DNA of 64,000 nt, filler included, from Catajapyx aquilonaris (GCA_000934665.2; 4 parts of 4 records of this genome joined end to end with filler, not necessarily neighbours in it); one strand, 5' to 3'; shown: positions 11,856 to 25,347, numbered from the whole stretch's first letter. Notes: generated from the letters alone by a model not told the origin. Program-made: numbers and translations.

Positions 11856-12070
11856 GGGGAGGTGTGGTGGCCGTGATGGTAACGTCACGGCTTGCTGTGT
11901 GAAAGGCCCCAGGTTCGATCCCCGCCTGGGGAACTTTCCTTTCACCTGCGTCAGGAGGGTCTCTGACCTGCACCAAGGAGGTGTCTGGCAACCTAACCTC
12001 CTGGGGAACAGCACATGACCCGTTTTCAGACGTGCACCTTGCACTCATGTTCCCTCCCCAAAAAATCCCT
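11856..12070 (+). mobile_element. tRNA-derived SINE, 5' portion
   Basis: A box TGGCCGTGATGG and B box GGTTCGATCCC; downstream GTGCACCTTGCACTCATGTTCCCTCCCC resembles the core of the 1856-2206 family. Confidence 0.7.
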
Positions 12071-13080
12071 ATTAGTCCGGACGCTAAGAGACTATTTTGA
12101 GGCGAACCGTTCACTTTGTGAAGAAAGCATGAAATTTGGCATAGATGTAGAATAAACCTTACTCTTCAAATACAGATGTGGAGCCACGCGAGATTTTGCC
12201 CCGGAGGCGGGTTGGCTACCCTGAAGCGAGTGAAAAGTCTTTTTCTGAGCGAACTATGCTTCTTAGGCGGATATGTGTCAAACAAATGTTGTGGGGAAAC
12301 ATGTATCCTACAAAAAGTATATCCTCCTGAGACCTGAGAATGATTTTTTAACGCAATGTCAGTTCCTATTGCATTTTCTGAACATGTTCCCAATAAGAAA
12401 CGAGAAAAAAATTTTAGTTTTAAAATATCGACAAAATTGGCGACAAACAACCAATGAGAACATTAGGACCCAATTGGTGCTACAAAAGCAGAACGGATGA
12501 AAGCTGAAAATTGAAATACCACTTAATGGATCACTCACATAGTGCTCTATCCTCCAAACATTGCTTTTAAAATTTATTTGTGGTATTCGTGGTAGCAATT
12601 CCTCTCAGAAGACAATTAAAGATAAATGAAATTATTTTTTAACGCCACCACTCCAGGGATGGGGCTTGCTCCTTCCCTTCTTACCCGCTAGAGTGGTACC
12701 TTGCTATTCTAGATTTTAAAACTGAACTGCATAGTGAAAAGCGCACTTCCTTATTGGGTAGCACGGCAGTGCGTCCGCCAAGTCTCCTCCCACCCTCCCT
12801 CCGCCCTCCTCACACCCTCCCTCCTCCCTCCACCCACCCTCCCTCCACCCTCCACCTGCACTGCCCTACCTTTACACGAGCCCCCTAGTTACTCTACACA
12901 CGAGCCCCTTGTAACTCGGGACTGGGTAAGGCTGGAGGTCTGAGATTTGCATGGCCTGGTCTTACAGCGGGAAGGACCTCATTTAAAAAAAATCGTGAAA
13001 TTTGGACAGACGGTCTCCGGTTTATAAGGGCCCAAACAAGGCTATTTTCCTGGGTGTAACAATATAGGATTGGGACGCAA

Positions 13081-13845
13081 ATGTTCTGGTACTTCCGGCT
13101 ATGCTAGAAGCACCAAACTTGGCACAAAAATAGGCCCTGCTTTCAAACCTCCGGGAAAATTCCAATATTTCAAGTAGGTCATCCTGGTCCAGGATGGTGG
13201 CCATTATAACAAGAAAAAAATTCTGATTTCATCCAGAAACAATGAACAGACAATGAGCAATGAAAGACCAAAATGTTCGGGTACTCCCAGCTATGCTGGA
13301 AGCACCAAATTTGGCACAAAAAATAGGCCCTGCTTTCAAACCTCCGGGAAAAGTCCAACATTGCAAGTAGGTCATCCTTGTTCAGGATGGTGGCCATTAT
13401 AACAAGAAAAAAATTCAGATTTCATCCAGAAACAATGAACAGACAATGAACAGACAATGAGCAATGAAAGACCGAAATGTTCGGGTACTCCCAGGTATGC
13501 TGGAAGCACCAAATTTGGGTCAAAAAATAGGCCCTGCTTTCAAACCTCCGGGAAAAGTCCAACATTGCAAGTAGGTCATCCTGGTTCAGGATGGTGGCCA
13601 TTGTAACACGAAAAAAATTCAGATTTCATCCAGAAACAATGAACAGACAATGAACAGACAATGAGCAATGAAAGACCGAAATGTTCGGGTACTCCCAGGT
13701 ATGCTGGAAGGACCAAATTAGGCGCAAAAAATAGGCCCTGCTTTCAAACCTCCGGGAAAAGTCCAACATTGCAAGTAGGTCAACCCGGTTCAGGATGGTG
13801 GCCATTATAACAAGAAAAAAATTCAGATTTCAACCAACAACAATG
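13081..13845. repeat. Tandem repeat, ~4 copies of a 192-204 bp unit
   Basis: Units start at 13081, 13273, 13477 and 13681 (ATGTTCGGGTACTCCCAG..GCACCAAATTTGG..CAAACCTCCGGGAAAAGTCC); length variation mostly from an extra ACAATGAACAG. Confidence 0.92.
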
Positions 13846-14779
13846 ACACCAATGTGAAGTGTTGCATAGCAATGTACTAGACTCTTTGACTAGCAGAACT
13901 GTAGCCTATATTATAGAGCAGAAGAAGTTTTGCTGTGCTCCTCATTTCCGTGCCCTCCTATACGCCTTCAGGGATTACAACAGTGACAGCCACAAAAGAG
14001 GTAGCCATTTTGCCATAGAGTAATTCCACGCCGGAAGAGTCATTATCCAAAAATGAAGTAACGCATTGTGAGGTGGCTATGACTTATTGCAGAGGTTCCC
14101 AAACTGTGATCCACGAACCTTCTCCAAGTGCTCCGCGAAGAGGTTGGGGGAAAAAATAATTCTTCAATAATTAGTTAATGACTTAATTTAGTCTCTCACT
14201 TCAAGGAAAGGCAGTAAATGGTTTTGATGTCATGCAGTGATAAAGTACGAGGTGTGATCGAAAAGTTCTCGGATTTTCGATATACTCGTCCCGAGGAGTT
14301 GGGTTTTGAGGGGGCTCCTGAGAATACACCTTTTTTCGCCCCTCCCCCGTCCGCCCGGATCCCGGATTTGTGGTGGGTTGGGGGGGTGGTATTGACCAGT
14401 TCCAGTTATCGCATACAGATCCCAAATTTTGTACAAAAATCGGTCCTCATCTGAAACCACCAGGAAAAGTCTAAAACTGTAAATCGCCCATCTTGGGTGC
14501 AGACTGCCGCCATTCAAACACAAAAATAATTCAAAAAAGGGAACAATACATGATATTATATGGTCTCCATAGTACCAATGTATTGACATTGTTGCAAAGA
14601 GAATTCTAGTGGCTAGACGTGTCTTTCTCTCACTCCCTGTTCCAAACCAAACTCTTGATGCTGTTGGGTCTGTAACCAGTGTTACATACCACCCCGATAG
14701 CCACAAAAAGTTAAATCCGTAAGAATTAAATTTTCAATCGGTCAAGAGTTAATACCGGTTAATACCGATCAAGAGCAAA

Positions 14780-15170
14780 TATTTCAAATTATGACAAACG
14801 CATTCATCCATAGGAAACAACAGCTGACGGCATCACGATTCGTAAGAGCCAGCGCAGGGTTTGAGCATTGAGCTTATAGCCAGTGTATATTATGGACTTT
14901 GGGTCGTCACTACTTTTCTGTTGTGGTCAAGTGTGTGTGGCCTTGTCTCGAGTCAAAAAATTGGATGGAATTCATCTAATCAACTTTGATCGCACTCAAG
15001 CTAAAGCTCAAGTTAAAGCTAACGATGAAGCCATAACGGAATATAACAGACGAAGACTTAAATTCAGGCCGGACCTTTGCAGTTTCCAATTCACTCATTC
15101 AAAGAGGCATCCAAAGTTCCCTGACCGAGTCAGGGCTACATCCAAATATGTACATCGGGTTCAAGAGGAT
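14780..15170 (+). pseudogene. Decayed PIF1-family (Helitron-type) helicase C-terminal fragment
   Basis: FQIMTNAFIHRKQ..., then DFGSSLLFCCGQVCVALSRVKKLDGIHLINFD...AITEYNRRRLKFRPDL, resembling the PIF1 helicase motif GQxYVALSRV with frameshifts and a degenerate upstream motif. Confidence 0.7.
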
Positions 15171-15384
15171 AACCAAACAGATCTCCAATCTCAAGTCTCA
15201 GACCATGCTGACGGTGGTCGGGGGGGGGGGGGGTTGTTTCGTCGTGGACAATACTCAAGGTGAATGCAGCGCAAATAGATTCTAGGGACAAGGAGATTGG
15301 TCATACTCCGAGGCAGCTACATTTTTACTTTCTTCGTGTCATTCATTCATTCAACCTTGATTCAACTTAACAAAAAGTGGTGAG

Positions 15385-16129
15385 ATCTCCCTCAAAAACG
15401 CACTCGTAAAAAACGCGCCAAGTCGTCTGCCGAAAAAACCTGTGAGATAGTGTCTGGGAGCCATGCCTTGTCCACTCCGCCGTACAAAGTCGTGAGATCG
15501 TGGTGGACGCCAAGCCTTTCTTCGAGGCTATAAGCTAAGTGAGATGACTTGGCCGGACTTGGTTCACGGACACGAGGAACAATGCGATGCGTGGTTTAAT
15601 ACAATAGAAAGTAAACTTTTAACACTCATTGGTAGAGCCATTACCCAAAAATGTGACCTTCGAATGGAATATTAACTTTTAACTGTCAATGGTGGAGCAG
15701 TAACGTAACAACTCCACCTTCAAATTACAATAATACAGTTCCTTGATTCATTAGAATAATTATAAATATACTTGGACCTCTGATTTGTATCACAGGACTA
15801 CAAAATGTCATCTTCGAATCGCACATGATTAGAACCACACATGATTACAATCGCGGTTTATTAGACTTGAAAATTGAGTCGTACAGCTAAAATTGGGTAA
15901 CTTGACCAAATTCCAGCGAACTGAACGCGTATTGTTCCTCGTGCCCGTGAACCAAGTCCGGCCAAGTCATCTCACTTAGCTTATAGCCTCGAAGAAAGGC
16001 TTGGCGTCCACCACGATCTCACGACTTTGTACGGCGGAGTGGACAAGGCATGGCTCCCAGACACTATCTCACAGGTTTTTTCGGCAGACGACTTGGCGCG
16101 TTTTTTACGAGTGCGTTTTTGAGGGAGAT
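15385..16129. mobile_element. Foldback/MITE-like element with ~200-bp near-perfect inverted arms
   Basis: 15385-~15586 is the reverse complement of ~15928-16129 with very few mismatches; AT-rich ~340-bp centre. Confidence 0.8.
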
Positions 16130-16208
16130 GGGTGTATAGGTACAGGCACTTCAAGAAAAGTCACACCCATTCAGCTAAAAATTCCATTTTTCGGATGTCC
16201 ATTTAAAT

Positions 16209-16308
16209 NNNNNNNNNNNNNNNNNNNNNNNNNNNNNNNNNNNNNNNNNNNNTTAATTAATTAANNNNNNNNNNNNNNNNNNNNNNNNNNNNNNNNNNNN
16301 NNNNNNNN
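16209..16308. other. Artificial contig-joining spacer
   Basis: 44 N + TTAATTAATTAA (stops in all six frames) + 44 N. Confidence 0.95.
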
Positions 16309-16553
16309 TTATGGCTGAAGGGAGGATATTTGTGGCCTTGCGACAATGGACTTCGAAAGTGGTGCTTCGAAAAGGAAAGTTTAAAAAATAATAATTCTCT
16401 GGGCCAACCCACATGTGTGCTTTTCATTATAACCTCAGGTTGCTTTTGGGACAGGGATGTAAAAGGTAGTCGCATTAAATTTTCATATATAAATATCAAC
16501 CAATGGAGGAGTTGTTGGCGCCGCTAATATATCCTCACATTGCAGAACATATA

Positions 16554-16981
16554 CTGGGTGTATCAGAACTCTACCGTAAGCGATATGCCGATGGCATAAG
16601 GGGCACCAGAGCATCATTTTATGTAGAGGGGTCATCATCTCTAGGCAGCCCCATTACGCAGATAATTGATCATTTGCGAAGTGGCGATTGCGCTTAAGTG
16701 TGATTGTAGAATAGCAGTGCATCTGGGGGGAAATGCATTCTAAGAGCTCTTAGTGACTACCCCAATAGCAGTGTGGCAGTAGCCCCCCAGAAAATAGCTG
16801 CGACATGACCTGTGAAGCGATTGGCGGCTGAAGGTTCGCATACCTGCCAGGATATTTTATACTAGTTGGTTGAGGTCAATTATCTACGTAATGGGGATGA
16901 TGACCCCTCTACATAAAATGATGCTCTGGTGCCCCTTATGCCATCGGCATATCGCTTACGGTAGAGTTCTGATACACCCTG
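16554..16981. mobile_element. Tc1/mariner-type MITE
   Basis: TA|CTGGGTGTATCAGAACTCTACCGTAAGCG...CGCTTACGGTAGAGTTCTGATACACCCTG|TA; ~85-bp near-perfect TIRs. Confidence 0.88.
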
Positions 16982-17708
16982 TATGTGGACATGAATTCTC
17001 CTTTACACAGCAGTGTATATCAATTTTGTACCCAATTTGGAAAAAAACCATTTTTGTTGGAGTTACAGCCTAATGGGCAACTTTCTACCTTACAATGTAT
17101 AAACGCTGTACTTAGCTGTGCAAGCACTAGTACAAGTACACCTTCATCGCTAAGCCACACTTTTAATAATATACGAGTAGTGTGACTGTATATCTAGACC
17201 TACCGTATGATAGATTTAGTTATGAACCGCCGTGCGAAGTGTGCCATAAATATTTCGTCGCATAGCGTGAACCTCTCAGCATACATACATACTGTATGTC
17301 AGAAATTGAACTGTACGTGTAGACTCGGGAATTGACAAAGTGTGCACACGCAATCACATGTTATCCGGAAGTGTCTTTTTTTTATTATCCGGTTTTCTTT
17401 TTACCCCCTCTTTGAAACAGATGATGTCGATCATATGTAGAGCAAGGTACATTGGGTCGAAAGGAGTGACCTGCTGAAATATGCAGGGGGTGGTGGGGGT
17501 CAGTCCCCGGCCAACCCCCCGCCATTCAGCCAGTGTCCAATAACTGCCTGTGAGCCGGCCCCGGGAATAATTCATACGGGCCACGGCGTCCGGATGCCGC
17601 TTCCCGAAAAAGGGACCCACGGAGTTCAATCATTCAATAGTCGGTAGGGGGAGAAAAGGAAGCACAAGCAGGTGAAAAAATGTAGCCAGGTGTACCCATT
17701 GCAAAGTA

Positions 17709-17867
17709 CTGTTGACAGCAAAAGGATTGTCGCACCGTTTGGTGTTCGCGACTTCTAGTTAAGCCTCCTCCCGCCAGCGCCCCTTGCGGAAGAAGGAGGC
17801 TTAACGCTTAACTAAAAGTCGCGGACACCAAACGGATATGGTGCGACAATCCTTTTGCGGTGCATAG
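17709..17867. mobile_element. Small TA-flanked hairpin MITE
   Basis: GCAAAAGGATTGTCGCACC / GGTGCGACAATCCTTTTGC inverted arms continuing inward (TTAAGCCTCCT / AGGAGGCTTAA); TA on both sides. Confidence 0.65.
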
Positions 17868-20800
17868 TACATGTGGTTTAACGAGAAATAAATGATTATA
17901 GGCTATTTACAACTGATGCTTTTTAGTCAATTGATGGACCACCCTGTGTGTATGTATATCCCTTTTCCTCCCCCTGGATGATCGGATTGATCAGTTTTGT
18001 GTGTTGTGTAATATACTCCGCTGACATAACGGTCCAGAGCGCTAACCATATCCAATCCATTGGAGCGGGCGATTTTCCCGCGCGCTGAACTAAACCTGCA
18101 GGGCCTACAATTATTATTATTATTTGCAACTAAATGGCAGCCAGCAGCTACGTTCAGTTTTTGGACCTGCCAGCCACCTGCTACTGACAACAATCACGGC
18201 CGTTGTTTTCTCTTTTTGGGGTGTGTGTTTTCATCAATTGGTGTCTGATGGTTAATTATTTTGAGCGGTTTTTTATTGTGAAGCCTTAGGGTGCAAGTGA
18301 GCAGAGATATGCGGTTTTTAATATCTAAAAGTCGATTTTATTTTTAGGAGCAGGTGGGCTGGTATAGATGGGGTTAGGACAGTAGGTCATTAAATTAAAA
18401 GGGACATAGGGGGAACCACACCCTGCCCAATTCTGTCCCCCCCCCCTCCTCTCAGATATTGATCACCGATATTCATCGATTGGCGTTAGGTTGGAGGTGA
18501 TCCACCTCTCTCGAATAACCCACAAAACAAAGTGTTGGTTTCCTCCGGATTTTTATTTTAATCAGCCGTTCCTGTAATATGCAAAAGCAGATCGGTGTGT
18601 AGTAAACACCTCATCAACACCCCTTGAAATACACACACAAAAAAGGACGTCTTACCATGCAAGTGTAAAACCGCGTCCTTGCTCATCTTTGGTTGTACTT
18701 GACTGCCGGCCAACCTGTATATGGTATATCTAATAAATCAAGCCGGTAGACAAATAACATACTGCCCACCTTGGAATAGTATTATTGAATAGGTGCATCA
18801 TGTCAAGTGATAATCTCCGCACGTTTTTACTTAGCTGTCCGGAATGTGTTATCGAGGCTTTAAAAAAGCAGGAAATTTACAAGCCAGTTCCGCATCCTGT
18901 ATAAATATTGTACAGTACCACAAATTTTTTTCCGACGAGAAGATTCACCAGAGTTTAGCTAGGATTTGTGTGATTCGCATGATTTGTCAGGATTTAACAT
19001 TCATCTAAGAGTACGTCATTATCAAAACCATATAGAACATTTTCACAGAATTGGTCCACCTTCCATTGGGCAAGGTCACCTGGGCCATGAAATTACTCAC
19101 TAGTATTTTTGAAGTGTTCGACCTGAAGCAAATAGTCTGGTTTTGATAATAATGACATTATCCTATATAGGATTTATCAGCTTTTCACAGGATTCATCAA
19201 GGTTTGCATATTCATCTTATAGATTTAACCCGGATTTGTGTGATTCACATGATTCATCAGGATTTACACATTCACCTGAGATTATCAAGGATTTGTTTGA
19301 TTCGCAGGATTTAACCAGGATTTGCGCATACAGTTATGATTTTACCAAGGATTTGTGATGCGAACAGTGTTACCTCCACATGTAGTTTCCGACCCAACTA
19401 ACCGAGAATGGTGGCCATAAACTCCACCCAACCACCCCCCAACAAATTTTTTTATATTTTAAACTTCATGTGTATGTTACCTCTTCTCTACCCAAACCCC
19501 CAGACCCAGCCCCCGACCCCTACCTGGATAGCCTGCAGGCCAAGGCCGCTGCTGGATCAATCCAGGGCCCCGAGTTTCAATTACGTCATTCTTCTGACGT
19601 CATATGCCCGGGTTGTGTTGCCAAAGTACTGTGCTCCGGTTTTAGGACGTTCAACTGGCTGGGCTCTTGCATGCCACGCTCTCGTGGGATTTTTTTTTAA
19701 ATATAAATATTTAGATAAATAGAAGAAACATGGCTTGTGTTTTAATGCATTAGTACCTGCGGGCATGCAGGGGTCATATTACGCAATTTCTTAATTAAGG
19801 GAGTTTGCTACGATCACGTGGAGTTCACGAGGCTTTGCAGTGTTTTTTCAACCTTTTTTACGGGCCGTTAATTGCAGGCTAGTTAGTTGATATGACATGG
19901 AAAAAAACGGCACTTAACTGATCGTTAAAAGGGTTGAAGAAACTTAACAAAGATAGATACAGAAACCGGGTAATAACCGCTGTTGTGTACTTAACGTGGG
20001 TTTAGTAATAACCTGCTGGAATTTTTATATAACTGACTGTGAGTTTGCACAGTAATTTTTCCGGTTAACGATCCGTTCTGTATTAATAGCTTGAAAAGAC
20101 TGCACCATCGACTATTATTATCGAATGGGGTTTATTTGTGCCAATCATGACTCATTCGTCAGGTATATTTTCAATGTCGTCCGAATTATTTATAGGCGCT
20201 CTTGGATGTTATTTTAACTCTGTCAACTACCCCTTTTTTGCAATATTATGTGAAATTGGTATGGATATTTTTTTTTTTTTTTTGGTATATTTCTGATGTT
20301 GGATTAAGTGGAAATATGATGGTGGCAGAGTTCTTCTGTAGAGCTGAGGGTTTTTTGGGTTCGTGCAGGGTCGGACACGATACCTATCGCACCAATCGGT
20401 TGATGTGGCAACCACGTCGCCTCGTTACGACCCAAGGTCAAGGTCTATCGCGCACAAGTGACGTCACCACATGGTACAGCCATAATATCGACCCGAACTG
20501 TTTTATCTACACTGAAAATTGCCTGGTGTTGCCGGCTGGTTGAGATTAAGCTCTAATATGGCAACGTCACACATTAAAAAAAAAAAATGTGTATGTGGAC
20601 AGTATCAAGTTCAATGCCAGAGTTTATGACGTCATGTGTGGCGGAGGAACTGTGACGTCATGTATGGTGTGGAGGAACTGCGACGTCATGTGTGGTGTGG
20701 AACTACTGCCGGGCTGAGATTGACGCCCCTTACATTTAAATTAATTTTATATGCGCAAAAAAAGGATGGAAGGTCAAGAGGTCAGCTTGTTGTTCGCTGC

Positions 20801-22529
20801 ACCTTGTAAATGGCGAATTAACATTTTACAGGTGCACTTGCACTGCGTATCATTGTGAAAAAAAGGCATTTTTCAGCTGCAGGTAACCACACGTGGACAT
20901 TGCGTAGAACTTTTTATATTAAAAATGTCGGTAACTACTTCTTATAATTACGCCGTGATTTTAGCTGTAATTAATTTGACTAGTTTCACTGCATGGGCAA
21001 TGCAAGTTCATCCTGGAAGTTGGACCACCCGCATTGCTTTCACGTAACGAGGAAAGTGGTACTTCCAGGCGCTACACTCGTATTACTTTCTGTACACTGT
21101 ATACACGAGGAGTGATTGTTGACTCCAGGAATTACATATTGTAGCCAGCACTATGCAAAAACATTTTGATAAACTGAGTTTGTTGTTTCCAACTGCTGTC
21201 TATTTAAAAGTGATTGCTGGAGCGGACAATCCATTATTGCTGGATTCTCTTTTAAAATTACTAGCCGGCAGTCAGCAAGCAACTGAATGGTTTCTCCACC
21301 CCATTGCGCATGCGTCGGACGCGGGCCAATAGGAAGCGTCGCGGTAACAATATGCGGCGAGCCAATCAGAGGGCTTGCACAAACATGCCCACTATACGAT
21401 TTTAATATTATACACTAGAAAAACCCTCGCTTCGCCCGCATTTTTCCAGGCTTGCGGACTGGGGTGGAGGCCGTATTGTTAATCGCTTCTGGAACCTCCA
21501 CCTTTGCAGGTTTCCATGAGGATGGCCTGAATAATATGAGTAAAGAGTGTCAATGAAAGATACACTGTTCACTCATATTGTTGTGTGAGGGGGGCCAATT
21601 GGAAGCGTAGAGGTAACAATATTTGGGGAGGACCAATCAGAGGGCTTGCACAAACATGCCCACTTACGATTTTAATATGTTATAGATTGCCGGAGACAAT
21701 TATTTCCTTTTGGAGATTTGATCGGTGCACTTTTTCTGTGTGTTTGTCTGGCTGCTGGTAATGCTAAAGGTCTAATTATATTCCGAGTGGCATTATTTGG
21801 ATTGACAAGCACCGCAATCAACCCTTTGATATTATGCAGATGAAAAGTTGGAAAGGCGTTCACAGTGCGGTTTTGTGGGTGGTATAGATGTCATAATGCA
21901 AGTCGCGTAATGCTAAGCCGTAATACACTCCCAAGTAGAAAACCGCCAGTCAATCTCCCAAAGGCGGCATGAAAGATGAAGCGACGTCCCATCTGTTGAG
22001 CCACCTGCCACACAAAACGCCGCAATTACTCGCATCAATTTTCGTACCCATTTGCGTACCCATTTTTAGTTGGGGGGGTATAGGCATGCGGAAGACCCTA
22101 GAAGCAAAAGTTGTTGCTGCGACTGACTGTGTTTCCCATTGGCACTTTCACTGTGCATGGACGTGCATCTAAATTGAGTGCACGGCCAGGAAGAATGAAG
22201 CTCACTCTTTCATGTCTCATATCCGCCGCTCATTGATGACGTCATCCCACCTCCCCCTCGCTCTAACCATTGCGTCATCGACCACCCACTTCCGTCGTCA
22301 CAACCTTGACGTCATCAACAGCAGCCTTCACCNCCCATCTCCACACCCTCTCTCCCCCTCCCTCCCCCAGGCCCAATAATTAGACTCATTACGACTGCGC
22401 TGCTTATATGCAGCGCTCTCATTAAACCCATGCCGATTAAGGAGCTTTATTAGTGCGGGGCATGAAATTTTTTTAATTGCGAGGATTAACCCTGCCTGTT
22501 ATGTCACAGGGTGGTGTAGGCTGTTGTGT

Positions 22530-22634
<105 letters not shown>

Positions 22635-24087
22635 TGTCACATAAGCGGGGTGTTACAAATGGATTGTTCAATTTCTGTTCGCAAATTTTTGGTACTAAGC
22701 TGCTTAAAAAGCAGTTACTTTCAACGGCTATGGAGTTACATGTTAATATTAGGTGACGTAGAAACAGGAACGACGGTTATGGATTGTCCATTCCAGCAAC
22801 AAGGTTTGACTGAAGCGCCTTTTTTTTGTGTGTGTGTGAAATTAACAATTTTATCAATGTTGCTCTTTTTTTAAACAGATTGATAAAGTGAACAATAGCC
22901 TACGTTGCATTTTTCTCTAGCCTCTTTTGAGTGATTGTGGACTCGACCGTTGTACTGTACCACCCTGTACTCATGGTGCATTTGGGCGAATTTTTAGCTC
23001 TAAATTAACCTACCTGTGCTCATGTAGCCCTGAGTGATGTACAGTACAATACTGTACTTACTGTTAGATGATTTGCTTCAGCCTTTTTATTTTTAATCCG
23101 CATTTTCTGAGAATAAGTGTCACAAGCACTATATAACAGGGCATTATACAATAATAATAATTTTAATTGACTATTAATATATTAATATCGTTAATGTTTA
23201 AAGTGCCGTTCAAGTTGACATAAGCAGCTACATTTACAAGTTATAAAGGTAACTATTAAAAAGTAATTGTAACAATAATCTTCTTAATGAGAAAATCAGC
23301 AATTGAAACTGGCATATTTTACTTCAGTACCTGTAATTTGCAAATAAAATATTTAAGGTGCAAAATTTTGCCTTTAAAACTAGCTCATGCTAAAATTAGA
23401 GCTTGCAGTGACTTGATTAACCATTACGTTCTCATCACATTGCAATTTCAGTTTTTTTTGTACTGATAATAACCTTGTAAGTTACCTCATTCCGTCCTAA
23501 AAATTGCTATCATTCTGACTAGTCATTTTTTTTACTCCGCCTACACATTTTTTTTCTGTCTTCAAGGAATAACACTATATACTTGCCCTCCTCTGGTAAG
23601 AGATCTGGAATAAAGCCAAGTACACAGCAGGTAATGCAAGTAAACGCCCCTGGAACTAATTAATCCTTTATTGACATACACATAGCTCCCCCACCCCTGC
23701 CTCCCAAGCTAAAAAAAAAACTGACACTTACAATAATAAATAAATAAAATAAATAAGCAGCAGGTGGCACAACAAAGCATATGACCCTTGAGGTCAATTG
23801 GCCCCACTTGAGTTAAGCAAAAAAAAATGGTAGTGACGTGATGGTCACTTTTGACGCTTACAATTTCTTTTATAAAAAGGTGCTGAAGACGAACCCGTTG
23901 GTTCCGGGGCGACACAGCCGACCCGTCAACCCTGCCAGCTGGATGTTCACTGTGCGACGACGACGACGACGCCTCTTACCTCCTCCTCGTCGTCGTATAA
24001 AACCCTCCTCCCCGTGGCCGTCATTCCGCCACCCACAATGGGAGAAGTCACCCTCACGTGTCCTCACCCTCGAAATACACCCGTCGT

Positions 24088-24192
24088 TGACGTCAAGGAA
24101 ACCTCCGCAGTGACGTCAATCGGGAGCTCCATTGACGTCAGGAATGACGGAATTGGTGTGACGTCGGCTGTGACGTCGGCGTTGCGACGTCA
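24088..24192. promoter_or_regulatory. Cluster of CRE/ATF-type TGACGTCA palindromes
   Basis: Perfect sites at 24088, 24111, 24133 and one-mismatch sites at 24159, 24171, 24185. Motifs are seen directly; function is unproven. Confidence 0.4.
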
Positions 24193-24409
24193 TTCGTGTG
24201 TCGGTCGATATAGTCAGGCCCCGGGTTACTATAGTGACGGGAGGGGGGGAGCCACATGTGCCCAGGAAAGATTGTTACATAACTAATGTGCGGATTTGCA
24301 TGCCCACATGTCACTCGCTGTGGTAACCACTGTACATGCTAATGCGTAATGACGGGAACACCAGGGGGTTTTCTCGCTTAGGGTCCGTGGTTATTGTCCC
24401 GGTATTCTC

Positions 24410-24727
24410 AGGTTATAGTCTCAGCATGATGTTATAGTCCGGGTCGGTCCGGGTAGTCCAAGGTTAGATTAGATCAGTCCGGTCAGTCCGAGATTTACGT
24501 TAGGTTAGTCCGAGGTTAGTCCAAGGTTTGATTAGGTTTGTCCGGCTAGTCCAAGGTTTAGGTTAGTCCAAGGTTTGATTAGGTTTGTCCGGCTAGTCCA
24601 AGGTTTAGGTTAGTCCAGGATATAGTCCTAGCCTCCTAGGTATAGTCCGAGGTTAGTCTGGTTAGTCCGGTTAGGCCCCCGCGGCGTTAGTCCATGGTTT
24701 GATTAGGTTAGTCCGAGGTTAGTCCGT
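24410..24727. repeat. Degenerate (GGTTAGTCC)-based minisatellite with a 47-bp perfect duplication
   Basis: Many TAGTCC/GGTTAG units; 24514-24560 is repeated at 24561-24607. Confidence 0.85.
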
Positions 24728-24899
24728 GTACGCAAAATATGTAAGTGAATAATCCCTCGCGGGAACAGATTCGACTTCAACAAGTCTTACCATTACCTCC
24801 ATTGTACTGCAATTATTTGCAATAATACGTCCGTGTTAAAATGTACAGATTGGAAGTAAAGAAAATTAACATGATTGAAATTGCATCAGTTTAGTGCAG

Positions 24900-25306
24900 A
24901 TGTACTAATAATATTCCTTGACCTCCTGGTCTTTCTCGTCCTCGTCATGATGGCCATGCCAGGTGAGCCATGTTCACACTATGCGCAGGTTCCGTGCTTT
25001 TGTTACCACTCAACGATTGTTCTTGTCGGCAGCCACCGGTCTGAAGTGCAACCAATACACCTCAGCCTGAGAGTGGGAATCTGTTTTGCCCCGATAATGA
25101 AGAATGCTCCCTCTACTGCTACAAGTCAACCAAAAAAGGCGAGGGAAAAGGTAAGCATTGGTATTGGTACAATAGGATTACGTATGGCGGACTATGTACA
25201 GGGTGAAGGGTGAACTCACGGACAGTGCGGACTCATATGCGGAGGTATTCCAATCCAAGCCACAATAATATGCTCATGAATGCCGCCCTTTTGGGTGGGT
25301 GGGGGG

Positions 25307-25347
<41 letters not shown>

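Noticed and set aside
13081..13845. CRISPR-like arrays (also 28019-28260 and 44770-44980)
   Set aside because: Head-to-tail tandem units without unique spacers, no cas genes, eukaryotic context.
14230..14706. 158-aa minus-strand ORF
   Set aside because: Non-ATG start, spans TE debris including a mariner-like end at ~14248, no recognisable family.
24410..24727. True telomeric (TTAGG)n array
   Set aside because: TTAGG units are scattered among TAGTCC variants and never form a pure run.
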